Origin: Botryllus schlosseri
Lineage: Eukaryota
Assembly (NCBI GenBank): GCA_051294905.1
Contig: CM119372.1
Span: 26,352,001-26,416,000, forward strand
Length of the DNA: 64,000 bases
Reading direction: 5' to 3'
Shown here: piece after piece, positions 52,971 through 64,000 of the stretch
How positions within the stretch are numbered: position 1 is the stretch's first letter
Layout: each line of letters opens with the position of its first letter
Translations under genes and position numbers: made by a program
The notes under the pieces: generated by a model
Seen by the model: only the letters and a program-made list of their open reading frames with translations
What the model was told of the DNA's origin: nothing
Database searches by the model: none

Positions 52971-55900
52971 CTTAGAGAGATATTGGCATACTTTGACATT
53001 TTGGGGGGTATGAAATTTACCAAGATTTCTCTATGTTCCCGAAGGCCTAGAACTACAATTCCGGTATCAGAGTGTCTATCTCTAAAAGTTACACCGATTG
53101 CACGCAATAACTTTTCCCTGGCTATTGTACTTAGAGAGATATTGGCATACTTTGACATTTTGGGGGGTATGAAATTTACCAAGATTTCTCTATGTTCCCG
53201 AAGGCCTAGAACTACAATTCCGGTATCAGAGTGTCTAACTCTGAAAGTTAGACCGATTGCACGCAATAACTTTTCCCTGGCTATTGTACTTAGAGGGATA
53301 TTGGCATACTTTGACATTTTGGGGGGTATGAAATTTACCAAGATTTCTCTATGTTCCCGAAGGCCTAGAACTACAATTCCGGTATCAGAGTGTCTAACTC
53401 TGAAAGTTACACCGATTGCACGCAATAACTTTTCCCTGGCTATTGTACTTAGAGAGATATTGGCATACTTTGACATTTTGGGGGGTATGAAATTTACCAA
53501 GATTTCTCTATGTTCCAGAAGGCCTAGAACTACAATTCCGGAATCAGAGTGTCTAACTCTGAAAGTTAGACCGATTGCACGCAATAACTTTACCCTGGCT
53601 ATTGTACTTAGAGAGTATTGGCATACTTTGACATTTTGGGGGGTATGAAATTTACCAAGATTTCTCTATGTTCCCGAAGGCCTAGAACTACAATTCCGGT
53701 ATCATAGTGTCTAACTCTGAAAGTTACACCGATTGTACGCAAAACCTTTTCCCTGGCTATTGTACTTAGAGAGATATTGGCATACTTTGACATTTTGGGG
53801 GGTATGAAATTTACCAAGATTTCTCTATGTTCCCGAAGGCCTAGAACTACAATTCCGGTATCAGAGTGTCTAACTCTGAAAGTTACACCGATTGCACGCA
53901 ATAACTTTTCCCTGGCTATTGTACTTAGAGAGATATTGGCATACTTTGACATTTTGGGGGGTATGAAATTTACCAAGATTTCTCTATGTTCCCGAAGGCC
54001 TAGAACTACAATTCCGGTATCAGAGTGTCTAACTCTGAAACTTACATCGATTGCACGCAATAACTTTTCCCAGGCTATTGTACTTAGAGAGATATTGGCA
54101 TACTTTGACATTTTGGGGGTATGAAATTTACCAAGATTTCTCTATGTTCCCGAAGGCCTAGAACTACAATTCCGGATCAGAGTGTCTAACTCTGAAAGTT
54201 AGACCGATTGCACGCAATAACTTTACCCTGGCTATTGTACTTAGAGAGATATTGGCATACTTTGACATTTTGGGGGTATGAAATTTACCAAGATTTCTCT
54301 ATGTTCCCGAAGGCCTAGAACTACAATTCCGGTATCATAGTGTCTAACTCTGAAAGTTACACCGATTGCACGCAATAACTTTTCCCTGGCTATTGTACTT
54401 AGAGAGATATTGGCATACTTTGACATTTGGGGGGGTATGAAATTTACCAAGATTTCTCTATGTTCCCGAAGGCCTAGAACTACAATTCCGGTATCAGAGT
54501 GTCTATCTCTGAAAGTTACACCGATTGCACGCAATAACTTTTCCCTGGCTATTGTACTTAGAGAGATATTGGCATACTTTGACATTTTGGGGGGTATGAA
54601 ATTTACCAAGATTTCTCTACGTTCCCGAAGGCCTAGAACTACAATTCCGGTATCAGAGTGTCTAACTCTGAAAGTTAGACCGATTGCACGACAATAACTT
54701 TTCCCTGGCTATTGTACTTAGAGAGATATTGGCATACTTTGACATTTTGGGGGGTATGAAATTTACCAAGATTTCTCTATGTTCCCGAAGGCCTAGAACT
54801 ACAATTCCGGTATCAGAGTGTCTAACTCTGAAAGTTACACCGATTGCACGCAATAATTTTTCCCTGGCTATTGTACTTAGAGAGATATTGGCATACTTTG
54901 ACATTTTGGGGGGTATGAAATTTACCAAGATTTCTCTATGATCCCGAAGGCCTAGAACTACAATTCCGGTATCAGAGTGTCTAACTCTGAAAGTTAGACC
55001 GATTGCACGCAATAACTTTTCCCTGGCTATTGTACTTAGAGGGATATTGGCATACTTTGACATTTTGGGGGGTATGAAATTTACCAAGATTTCTCTATGT
55101 TCCCGAAGGCCTAGAACTACAATTCCGGTATCAGAGTGTCTAACTCTGAAAGTTACACCGATTGCACGCAATAACTTTTCCCTGGCTATTGTACTTAGAG
55201 AGATATTGGCATACTTTGACATTTTGGGGGGTATGAAATTTACCAAGATTTCTCTATGTTCCCGAAGGCCTAAATCTACAATTCCGGTATCAGAGTGTCC
55301 AACTCTGAAAGTTAGACCGATTGCACGCAATAGCTTTTCCCTGGCTATTGTACTTAGAGAGATATTGGCATACTTTGACATTTTGGGGGGTATGAAATTT
55401 ACCAAGATTTCTCTATGTTCCCGAAGGCCTAGAACTACAATTCCGGTATCAGAGTGTCTAACTCTGAAAGTTAGACGGATTGCACGCAATAACTTTTCCT
55501 GGCTATTGTACTTAGAGAGATATTGGCATACTTTGACATTTTGGGGGTATGAAATTTACCAAGATTTCTCTATGTTCCCGAAGGCCTAGAACTACAATTC
55601 CGGTATCAGAGTGTCTAACTCTGAAAGTTAGACCGATTGCACGCAATAACTTTTCCCTGGCTATTGTACTTAGAGAGATATTGGCATAACTTTGACATTT
55701 TGGGGGGTATGAAATTTACGAAGATTTCTCTATGTTCCGAAGGCCTAGAACTACAATTCCGGTATCAGAGTGTCTAACTCTGAAAGTTACACCGATTGCA
55801 CGCAATAACTTTTCCCTGGCTATTGTACTTAGAGAGATATTGGCATACTTTGACATTTTGGGGGGTATGAAATTTACCAAGATTTCTCTATGTTCCCGAA

Positions 55901-58900
55901 GGCCTAGAACTACAATTCCGGTATCAGAGTGTCTAACTCTGAAAGTTAGACCGATTGCACGCAATAACTTTTCCCTGGCTATTGTACTTAGAGAGATATT
56001 GGCATACTTTGACATTTTGGGGGGTATGAAATTTACCAAGATTTCTCTATGTTCCCGAAGGCCTAGAACTACAATTCCGGTATCAGAGTGTCTAACTCTG
56101 AAAGTTACACCGATTGCACGCAATAATTTTTCCCTGGCCATTGTACTTAGAGAGATATTGGCATACTTTGACATTTTGGGGGGTATGAAATTTACCAAGA
56201 TTTCTCTATGATCCCGAAGGCCTAGAACTACAATTCCGGTATCAGAGTGTCTAACTCTGAAAGTTAGACCGATTGCACGCAATAACTTTTCCCTGGCTAT
56301 TGTACTTAGAGGGATATTGGCATACTTTGACATTTTGGGGGGTATGAAATTTACCAAGATTTCTCTATGTTCCCGAAGGCCTAGAACTACAATTCCGGTA
56401 TCAGAGTGTCTAACTCTGAAAGTTACACCGATTGCACGCAATAACTTTTCCCTGGCTATTGTATTTAGAGAGATATTGGCATACTTTGACATTTTGGGGG
56501 GTATGAAATTTACCAAGATTTCTCTATGTTCCCGAAGGCCTAGAACTACAATTCCGGTATCAGAGTGTCTAACTCTGAAAGTTACATCGATTGCACGCAA
56601 TAACTTTTCCCAGGCTATTGTACTTAGAGAGATATTGGCATACTTTGACATTTTGGGGGGTATGAAATTTACCAAGATTTCTCTATGTTCCCGAAGGCCT
56701 AGAACTACAATTCCGGAATCAGAGTGTCTAACTCTGAAAGTTAGACCGATTGCACGCAATAACTTTTCCCTGGCTATTGTACTTAGAGAGATATTGGCAT
56801 ACTTTGACATTTTGGGGGGTATGAAATTTACCAAGATTTCTCTATGTTCCCGAAGGCCTAGAACTACAATTCCGGTATCATAGTGTCTAACTCTGAAAGT
56901 TACACCGATTGCACGCAATAACTTTTCCCTGGCTATTGTACTTAGAGAGATATTGGCATACTTTGACATTTTGGGGGGTATGAAATTTACCAAGATTTCT
57001 CTATGTTCCCGAAGGCCTAGAACTACAATTCCGGTATCAGAGTGTCTAACTCTGAAAGTTACACCGATTGCACGCAATAACTTTTCCCTGGCTATTGTAC
57101 TTAGAGAGATATTGGCATACTTTGACATTTTTGGGGGTATGAAATTTACCAAGATTTCTCTATGTTCCCGAAGGCCTAGAACTACAATTCCGGTATCAGA
57201 GTGTCTAACTCTGAAAGTTAGACCGATTGCACGCAATAACTTTTCCCTGGCTATTGTACTTAGAGAGATATTGGCATACTTTGACATTTTGGGGGGTATG
57301 AAATTTACCAAGATTTCTCTATGTTCCCGAAGGCCTAGAACTACAATTCCGGTATCAGAGTGTCTAACTCTGAAAGTTACACCGATTGCACGCAGTAATT
57401 TTTCCCTGGCTATTGTACTTAGAGAGATATTGGCATACTTTGACATTTTGGGGGGTATGAAATTTACCAAGATTTCTCTATGATCCCGAAGGCCTAGAAC
57501 TACAATTCCGGTATCAGAGTGTCTAACTCTGAAAGTTAGACCGATTGCACGCAATAACTTTTCCCTGGCTATTGTACTTAGAGGGATATTGGCATACTTT
57601 GACATTTTGGGGGGTATGAAATTTACCAAGATTTCTCTATGTTCCCGAAGGCCTAGAACTACAATTCCGGTATCAGAGTGTCTAACTCTGAAAGTTACAC
57701 CGATTGCACGCAATAACTTTTCCCTGGCTATTGTACTTAGAGAGATATTGGCATACTTTGACATTTTGGGGGGTATGAAATTTACCAAGATTTCTCTATG
57801 TTCCCGAAGGCCTAGAACTACAATTCCGGTATCAGAGTGTCTAACTCTGAAAGTTACACCGATTGCACGCAATAACTTTTCCCTGGCTATTGTACTTAGA
57901 GAGATATTGGCATACTTTGACATTTTGGGGGGTATGAAATTTACCAAGATTTCTCTATGTTCCCGAAGGCCTAGAACTACAATTCCGGTATCAGAGTGTC
58001 TAACTCTGGAAGTTACACCGATTGCACGCAATAACTTTTCCCTGGCTATTGTACTTAGAGAGATATTGGCATACTTTGACATTTTGGGGGGTTTGAAATT
58101 TACCAAGATTTCTCTATGTTCCCGAAGGCCTAGAACTACAATTCCGGTATCATAGTGTCTAACTCTGAAAGTTACACCGATTGCACGCAATAACTTTTCC
58201 CTGGCTATTGTACTTAGAGAGATATTGGCATACTTTGACATTTTGGGGGGTATGAAATTTACCAAGATTTCTCTATGTTCCCGAAGGCCTAGAACTACAA
58301 TTCCGGTATCAGAGTGTCTAACTCTGAAAGTTACACCGATTGCACGCAATAACTTCTCCCTGGCTATTGTACTTAGAGAGATATTGGCATACTTTGACAT
58401 TTTGGGGGGTATGAAATTTACCAAGATTTCTCTATGTTCCCGAAGGCCTAGAACTACAATTCCGGTATCCGAGTGTCTAACTCTGAAAATTACACCGATT
58501 GCACGCAATAACTTTTCCCTGACTATTGTACTTAGAGAGATATTGGCATACTTTGACATTTTGGGGGGTATGAAATTTACCAAGATTTCTCTATGTTCCC
58601 GAAGGCCTAGAACTACAATTCCGGTATCAGAGTGTCTAACTCTGAAAGTTACACCGATTGCACGCAATAACTTTTCCCTGGCTATTGTACTTAGAGAGAT
58701 ATTGGCATACTTTGACATTTTGGGGGGTATGAAATTTACCAAGATTTCTCTATGTTCCCGAAGGCCTAGAACTACAATTCCGGTATCAGAGTGTCTAACT
58801 CTGAAAGTTACACCGATTGCACGCAATAACTTTTCCCTGGCTATTGTACTTAGAGAGATATTGGCATACTTTGACATTTTGGGGGGTATGAAATTTACCA

Positions 58901-60326
58901 AGATTTCTCTATGTTCCCGAAGGCCTAGAACTACAATTCCGGTATCAGAGTGTCTAACTCTGGAAGTTACACCGATTGCACGCAATAACTTTTCCCTGGC
59001 TATTGTACTTAGAGAGATATTGGCATACTTTGACATTTTGGGGGGTATGAAATTTACCAAGATTTCTCTATGTTCCCGAAGGCCTAGAACTACAATTCCG
59101 GTATCAGAGTGTCTAACTCTGAAAGTTACACCGATTGCACGCAATAACTTTTCCCTGGCTATTGTACTTAGAGAGATATTGGCATACTTTGACATTTTGG
59201 GGGGTATGAAATTTACCAAGATTTCTCTATGTTCCCGAAGGCCTAGAACTACAATTCCGGTATCCGAGTGTCTAACTCTGAAAATTACACCGATTGCACG
59301 CAATAACTTTTCCCTGACTATTGTACTTAGAGAGATATTGGCATACATTGACATTTTGGGGGGTATGAAATTTACCAAGATTTCTCTATGTTCCCGAAGG
59401 CCTAGAACTACAATTCCGGTATCAGAGTGTCTAACTCTGAAAGTTACACCGATTGCACGCAATAACTTTTGCCTGGCTATTGTACTTAGAGGGATATTGG
59501 CATACTTTGACATTTTGGGGGGTATGAAATTTACCAAGATTTCTCTATGTTCCCGAAGGCCTGGAACTACAATTCCGGTATCAGAGTGTCTAACTCTGAA
59601 AGTTACACCGATTGCACGCAATAACTTTTCCCTGGCTATTGTACTTAGAGAGATATTGGCATACTTTGACATTTTGAGGGGTATGAAATTTACCAAGATT
59701 TCTCTATGTTCCCGAAGGCCTAGAACTACAATTCCGGTATCAGAGTGTCTAACTCTGAAAGTTACACCGATTGCACGCAATAACTTTTCCCTGGCTATTG
59801 TACTTAGAGAGATATTGGCATACTTTGACATTTTGGGGGGTATGAAATTTACCAAGATTTCTCTATGTTCCCGAAGGCCTAGAACTACAATTCCGCTATC
59901 AGAGTGTCTAACTCTGGAAGTTACACCGATTGCACGCAATAACTTTTCCCTGGCTATTGTACTTAGAGAGATATTGGCATACTTTGACATTTTGGGGGGT
60001 ATGAAATTTACAAAGATTTCTCTATGTTCCCGAAGGCCTAGAACTACAATTCCGGTATCAGAGTGTCTAACTCTGAAAGTTACACCGATTTCACGCAATA
60101 ACTTTTCCCTGGCTATTGTACTTAGAGAGATATTGGCAGACTTTGACATTTTGGGGGGTATGAAATTTACCAAGATTTCTCTATGTTCCCGAAGGCCTAG
60201 AACTACAATTCCGGTATCAGAGTGTCTAACTCTGAAAGTTACACCGATTGCACGCAATAACTTTTCCCTGGCTATTGTACTTAGAGGGATATTGGCATAC
60301 TTTGACATTTTGGGGGGTATGAAATT

Positions 60327-61770
60327 GACCTCGATTTCTCCATGTTCCCGAAGGCCTAGAACTACAATTCCGGTATCAGAGTGTCTAACTCTGAAAGTTA
60401 GACCGATTGCACGCAATAACTTTTCCCTGACTGTTGTACTTAGAGAGATATTGGCAAATTTTGACATTTTGGGGGGTATGAAATTGACCTCGATATCTCC
60501 ATGTTCCCGAAGGCCTAGAACTACAATTCCGGTATCAGAGTGTCTAACTCTGAAAGTTAGACCGATTGCACGCAATAACTTTTCCCTGACTGTTGTACTT
60601 AGAGAGATATTGGCAAATTTTGACATTTTGGGGGGTATGAAATTGACCTCGATTTCTCCATGTTCCCGAAGGCCTAGAACTACAATTCCGGTATCAGAGT
60701 GTCTAACTCTGAAAGTTAGACCGATTGCACGCAATAACTTTTCCCTGACTGTTGTACTTAGAGAGATATTGGCAAATTTTGACATTTTGGGGGGTATGAA
60801 ATTGACCTCGATTTCTCCATGTTCCCGAAGGCCTAGAATTACAATTCCGGTATCAGAGTGTCTAACTCTGAAAGTTAGACCGATTGCACGCAATAACTTT
60901 TCCCTGACTGTTGTACTTAGAGAGATATTGGCAAATTTTGACATTTTGGGGGGTATGAAATTGACCTCGATTTCTCCATGTTCCCGAAGGCCTAGAACTA
61001 CAATTCCGGTATCAGAGTGTCTAACTCTGAAAGTTAGACCGATTGCACGCAATAACTTTTCCCTGACTGTTGTACTTAGAGAGATATTGGCAAATTTTGA
61101 CATTTTGGGGGGTATGAAATTGACCTCGATTTCTCCATGTTCCCGAAGGCCTAGAACTACAATTCCGGTATCAGAGTGTCTAACTCTGAAAGTTAGACCG
61201 ATTGCACGCAATAACTTTTCCCTGACTGTTGTACTTAGAGAGATATTGGCAAATTTTGACATTTTGGGGGGTATGAAATTGACCTCGATTTCTCCATGTT
61301 CCCGAAGGCCTAGAACTACAATTCCGGTATCAGAGTGTCTAACTCTGAAAGTTAGACCGATTGCACGCAATAACTTTTCCCTGACTGTTGTACTTAGAGA
61401 GATATTGGCAAATTTTGACATTTTGGGGGGTATGAAATTGACCTCGATTTCTCCATGTTCCCGAAGGCCTAGAACTACAATTCCGGTATCAGAGTGTCTA
61501 ACTCTGAAAGTTAGACCGATTGCACGCAATAACTTTTCCCTGACTGTTGTACTTAGAGAGATATTGGCAAATTTTGACATTTTGGGGGGTATGAAATTGA
61601 CCTCGATTTCTCCATGTTCCCGAAGGCCTAGAACTACAATTCCGGTATCAGAGTGTCTAACTCTGAAAGTTAGACCGATTGCACGCAATAACTTTTCCCT
61701 GACTGTTGTACTTAGAGAGATATTGGCAAATTTTGACATTTTGGGGGGTATGAAATTGACCTCGATTTCT
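60327..61770 (+). repeat. Island of about 9 subfamily-A monomers inside B
   Basis: A-diagnostic words run from 60327. A hybrid monomer (TTGACCTCGATTTCTCTATG) at about 61756-61775 marks the switch back to B. Confidence 0.9.
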
Positions 61771-61799
61771 CTATGTTCCCGAAGGCCTAGAACTACAAT

Positions 61800-64000
61800 T
61801 CCGGAATCAGAGTGTCTAACTCTGAAAGTTAGACCGATTGCACGCAATAACTTTGTCCTGTCTATTGTGCTTAGAGAGATATTGGCATACTTTGACATTT
61901 TGGGGGGTATGAAATTTACCAAGATTTCTTTATGTTCCCGAAGGCCTAGAACTACAATTCCGGTATCAGAGTGTCTAACTCTGAAAGTTACATCGATTGC
62001 ACGCAATAACTTTTCCCAGGCTATTGTACTTAGAGAGATATTGGCATACTTTGACATTTTGGGGGGTATGAAATTTACCAAGATTTCTCTATGTTCCCGA
62101 AGGCCTAGAACTACAATTCCGGAATCAGAGTGTCTAACTCTGAAAGTTAGACCGATTGCACGCAATAACTTTTCCCTGGCTATTGTACTTAGAGAGATAT
62201 TGGCATACTTTGACATTTTGGGGGGTATGAAATTTACCAAGATTTCGCTATGTTCCCGAAGGCCTAGAACTACAATTCCGGTATCATAGTGTCTAACTCT
62301 GAAAGTTACACCGATTGCACGCAATAACTTTTCCCTGGCTATTGTACTTAGAGAGATATTGGCATACTTTGACATTTTGGGGGGTATGAAATTTACCAAG
62401 ATTTCTCTATGTTCCCGAAGGCCTAGAACTACAATTCCGGTATCAGAGTGTCTAACTCTGAAAGTTACACCGATTGCACGCAATAACTTTTCCCTGGCTA
62501 TTGTACTTAGAGAGATATTGGCATACTTTGACATTTTGGGGGGTATGAAATTTACCAAGATTTCTCTATGTTCCCGAAAGCCTAGAACTACAATTCCGGT
62601 ATCAGAGTGTCTAACTCTGAAAGTTACACCGATTGCACGCAATAACTTTTCCCTGGCTATTGTACTTAGAGAGATATTGGCATACTTTGACATTTTGTGG
62701 GGTATGAAATTTACCAAGATTTCTCTATGTTCCCGAAGGCCTAGAACTACAATTCCGGTATCAGAGTGTCTAACTCTGAAAGTTACACCGATTGCACGCA
62801 ATAACTTTTCCCTGGCTATTGTACTTAGAGAGATATTGGCATACTTTGACATTTTGGGGGGTATGAAATTTACCAAGATTTCTCTGTGTTCCCGAAGGCC
62901 TAGAACTACAATTCCGGTATCAGAGTGTCTAACTCTGAAAGTTAGACCGATTGCACGCAATAACTTTTCCCTGGCTATTGTACTTAGAGAGATATTGGCA
63001 TACTTTGACATTTTGGGGGGTATGAAATTTACCAAGATTTCTCTATGTTCCCGAAGGCCTAGAACTACAATTCCGGTATCAGAGTGTCTAACTCTGAAAG
63101 TTACAACGATTGCACGCAATAACTTTTCCCTGGCTATTGTACTTAGAGAGATATTGGCATACTTTGACATTTTGGGGGGTATGAAATTTACCAAGATTTC
63201 TCTATGTTCCCGAAGGCCTAGAACTACAATTCCGGTATCAGAGTGTCTAACTCTGAAAGTTAGACCGATTGCACGCAATAACTTTGTCCTGTCTATTGTG
63301 CTTAGAGAGATATTGGCATACTTTGACATTTTGGGGGGTATGAAATTTACCAAGATTTCTCTATGTTCCCGAAGGCCTAGAACTACAATTCCGGTATCAG
63401 AGTGTCTAACTCTGAAAGTTACATCGATTGCACGCAATAACTTTTCCCAGGCTATTGTACTTAGAGAGATATTGGCATACTTTGACATTTTGGGGGGTAT
63501 GAAATTTACCAAGATTTCTCTATGTTCCCGAAGGCCTAGAACTACAATTCCGGAATCAGAGTGTCTAACTCTGAAAGTTAGACCGATTGCACGCAATAAC
63601 TTTTCCCTGGCTATTGTACTTAGAGAGATATTGGCATACTTTGACATTTTGGGGGGTATGAAATTTACCAAGATTTCTCTATGTTCCCGAAGGCCTAGAA
63701 CTACAATTCCGGTATCATAGTGTCTAACTCTGAAAGTTACACCGATTGCACGCAATAACTTTTCCCTGGCTATTGTACTTAGAGAGATATTGGCATACTT
63801 TGACATTTTGGGGGGTATGAAATTTACCAAGATTTCTCTATGTTCCCGAAGGCCTAGAACTACAATTCCGGTATCAGAGTGTCTAACTCTGAAAGTTACA
63901 CCGATTGCACGCAATAACTTCTCCCTGGCTATTGTACTTAGAGAGATATTGGCATACTTTGACATTTTGGGGGGTATGAAATTTACCAAGATTTCTCTAT
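61800..64000 (+). repeat. 9-monomer (1431-bp) higher-order duplication in subfamily B
   Basis: Variants recur 1431 bp apart: CTTTGTCCTGTCTATTGTGC 61851/63282, CATCGATT 61991/63422, GGAATCAG 62121/63552 and GTATCATAG 62281/63712. Confidence 0.85.

Larger units (their letters stand above)
1030..64000 (+). repeat. 159-bp tandem satellite array (about 375 monomers, single orientation), candidate centromeric/pericentromeric satellite
   Basis: The unit TCTGAAAGTTAGACCGATTGCACGCAATAACTTTTCCCTGACTGTTGTACTTAGAGAGATATTGGCAAATTTTGACATTTTGGGGGGTATGAAATTGACCTCGATTTCTCCATGTTCCCGAAGGCCTAGAACTACAATTCCGGTATCAGAGTGTCTAAC recurs every 159 bp (1031, 1190, ...). It is interrupted only by two TEs and one gap and runs off the window end. 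The centromeric role is inferred from unit length and homogeneity only. Confidence 0.98.
51566..64000 (+). repeat. Satellite subfamily B domain (with embedded A islands)
   Basis: Diagnostic words TTTACCAAGATTTCTCTATG, CTGGCTATTG, GCATACTTTG and often GTTACACC. That is 8 near-fixed plus 1 polymorphic substitution versus A, with many additional private variants. Confidence 0.95.

Noticed and set aside
1004..63989. Giant ORFs (up to 4151 aa) on both strands as protein-coding genes
   Set aside because: They are 53-aa repeats identical at the DNA level, including third codon positions. They are open on both strands, lack unique termini or recognisable domains, and are broken by indels and TEs. 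This is the expected result of a 3n stop-free satellite.
1030..64000. CRISPR array or repeat-spacer system
   Set aside because: There are no variable spacers. Units are contiguous and near-identical, there are no cas genes, and the context is eukaryotic.

Overview
Eukaryotic, non-coding window. About 93% of it is one head-to-tail array of a 159-bp satellite (about 41% GC, roughly 375 monomers, 1030-64000) that looks centromeric or pericentromeric. Subfamily A is almost invariant up to about 51,565. Subfamily B (8-9 diagnostic substitutions) follows, with A-type islands and local 5/6/8/9/10-monomer higher-order duplications. Two different non-autonomous hAT (Charlie/Buster-like) DNA transposons interrupt the array: 25967-27498 (1532 bp) and 37349-39061 (1713 bp). 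Both sit at exactly the same nucleotide of the monomer with the same perfect 8-bp TSD, GCCTAGAA, and each carries an older nested MITE. A 100-N scaffold gap opens at that same monomer position. The first ~1 kb is unique sequence with TE fragments and joins the perfect array abruptly. The giant ORFs in the track are explained by a 159-bp (3n) unit that is stop-free in one frame per strand, and I do not call them genes. The organism cannot be identified from this sequence.
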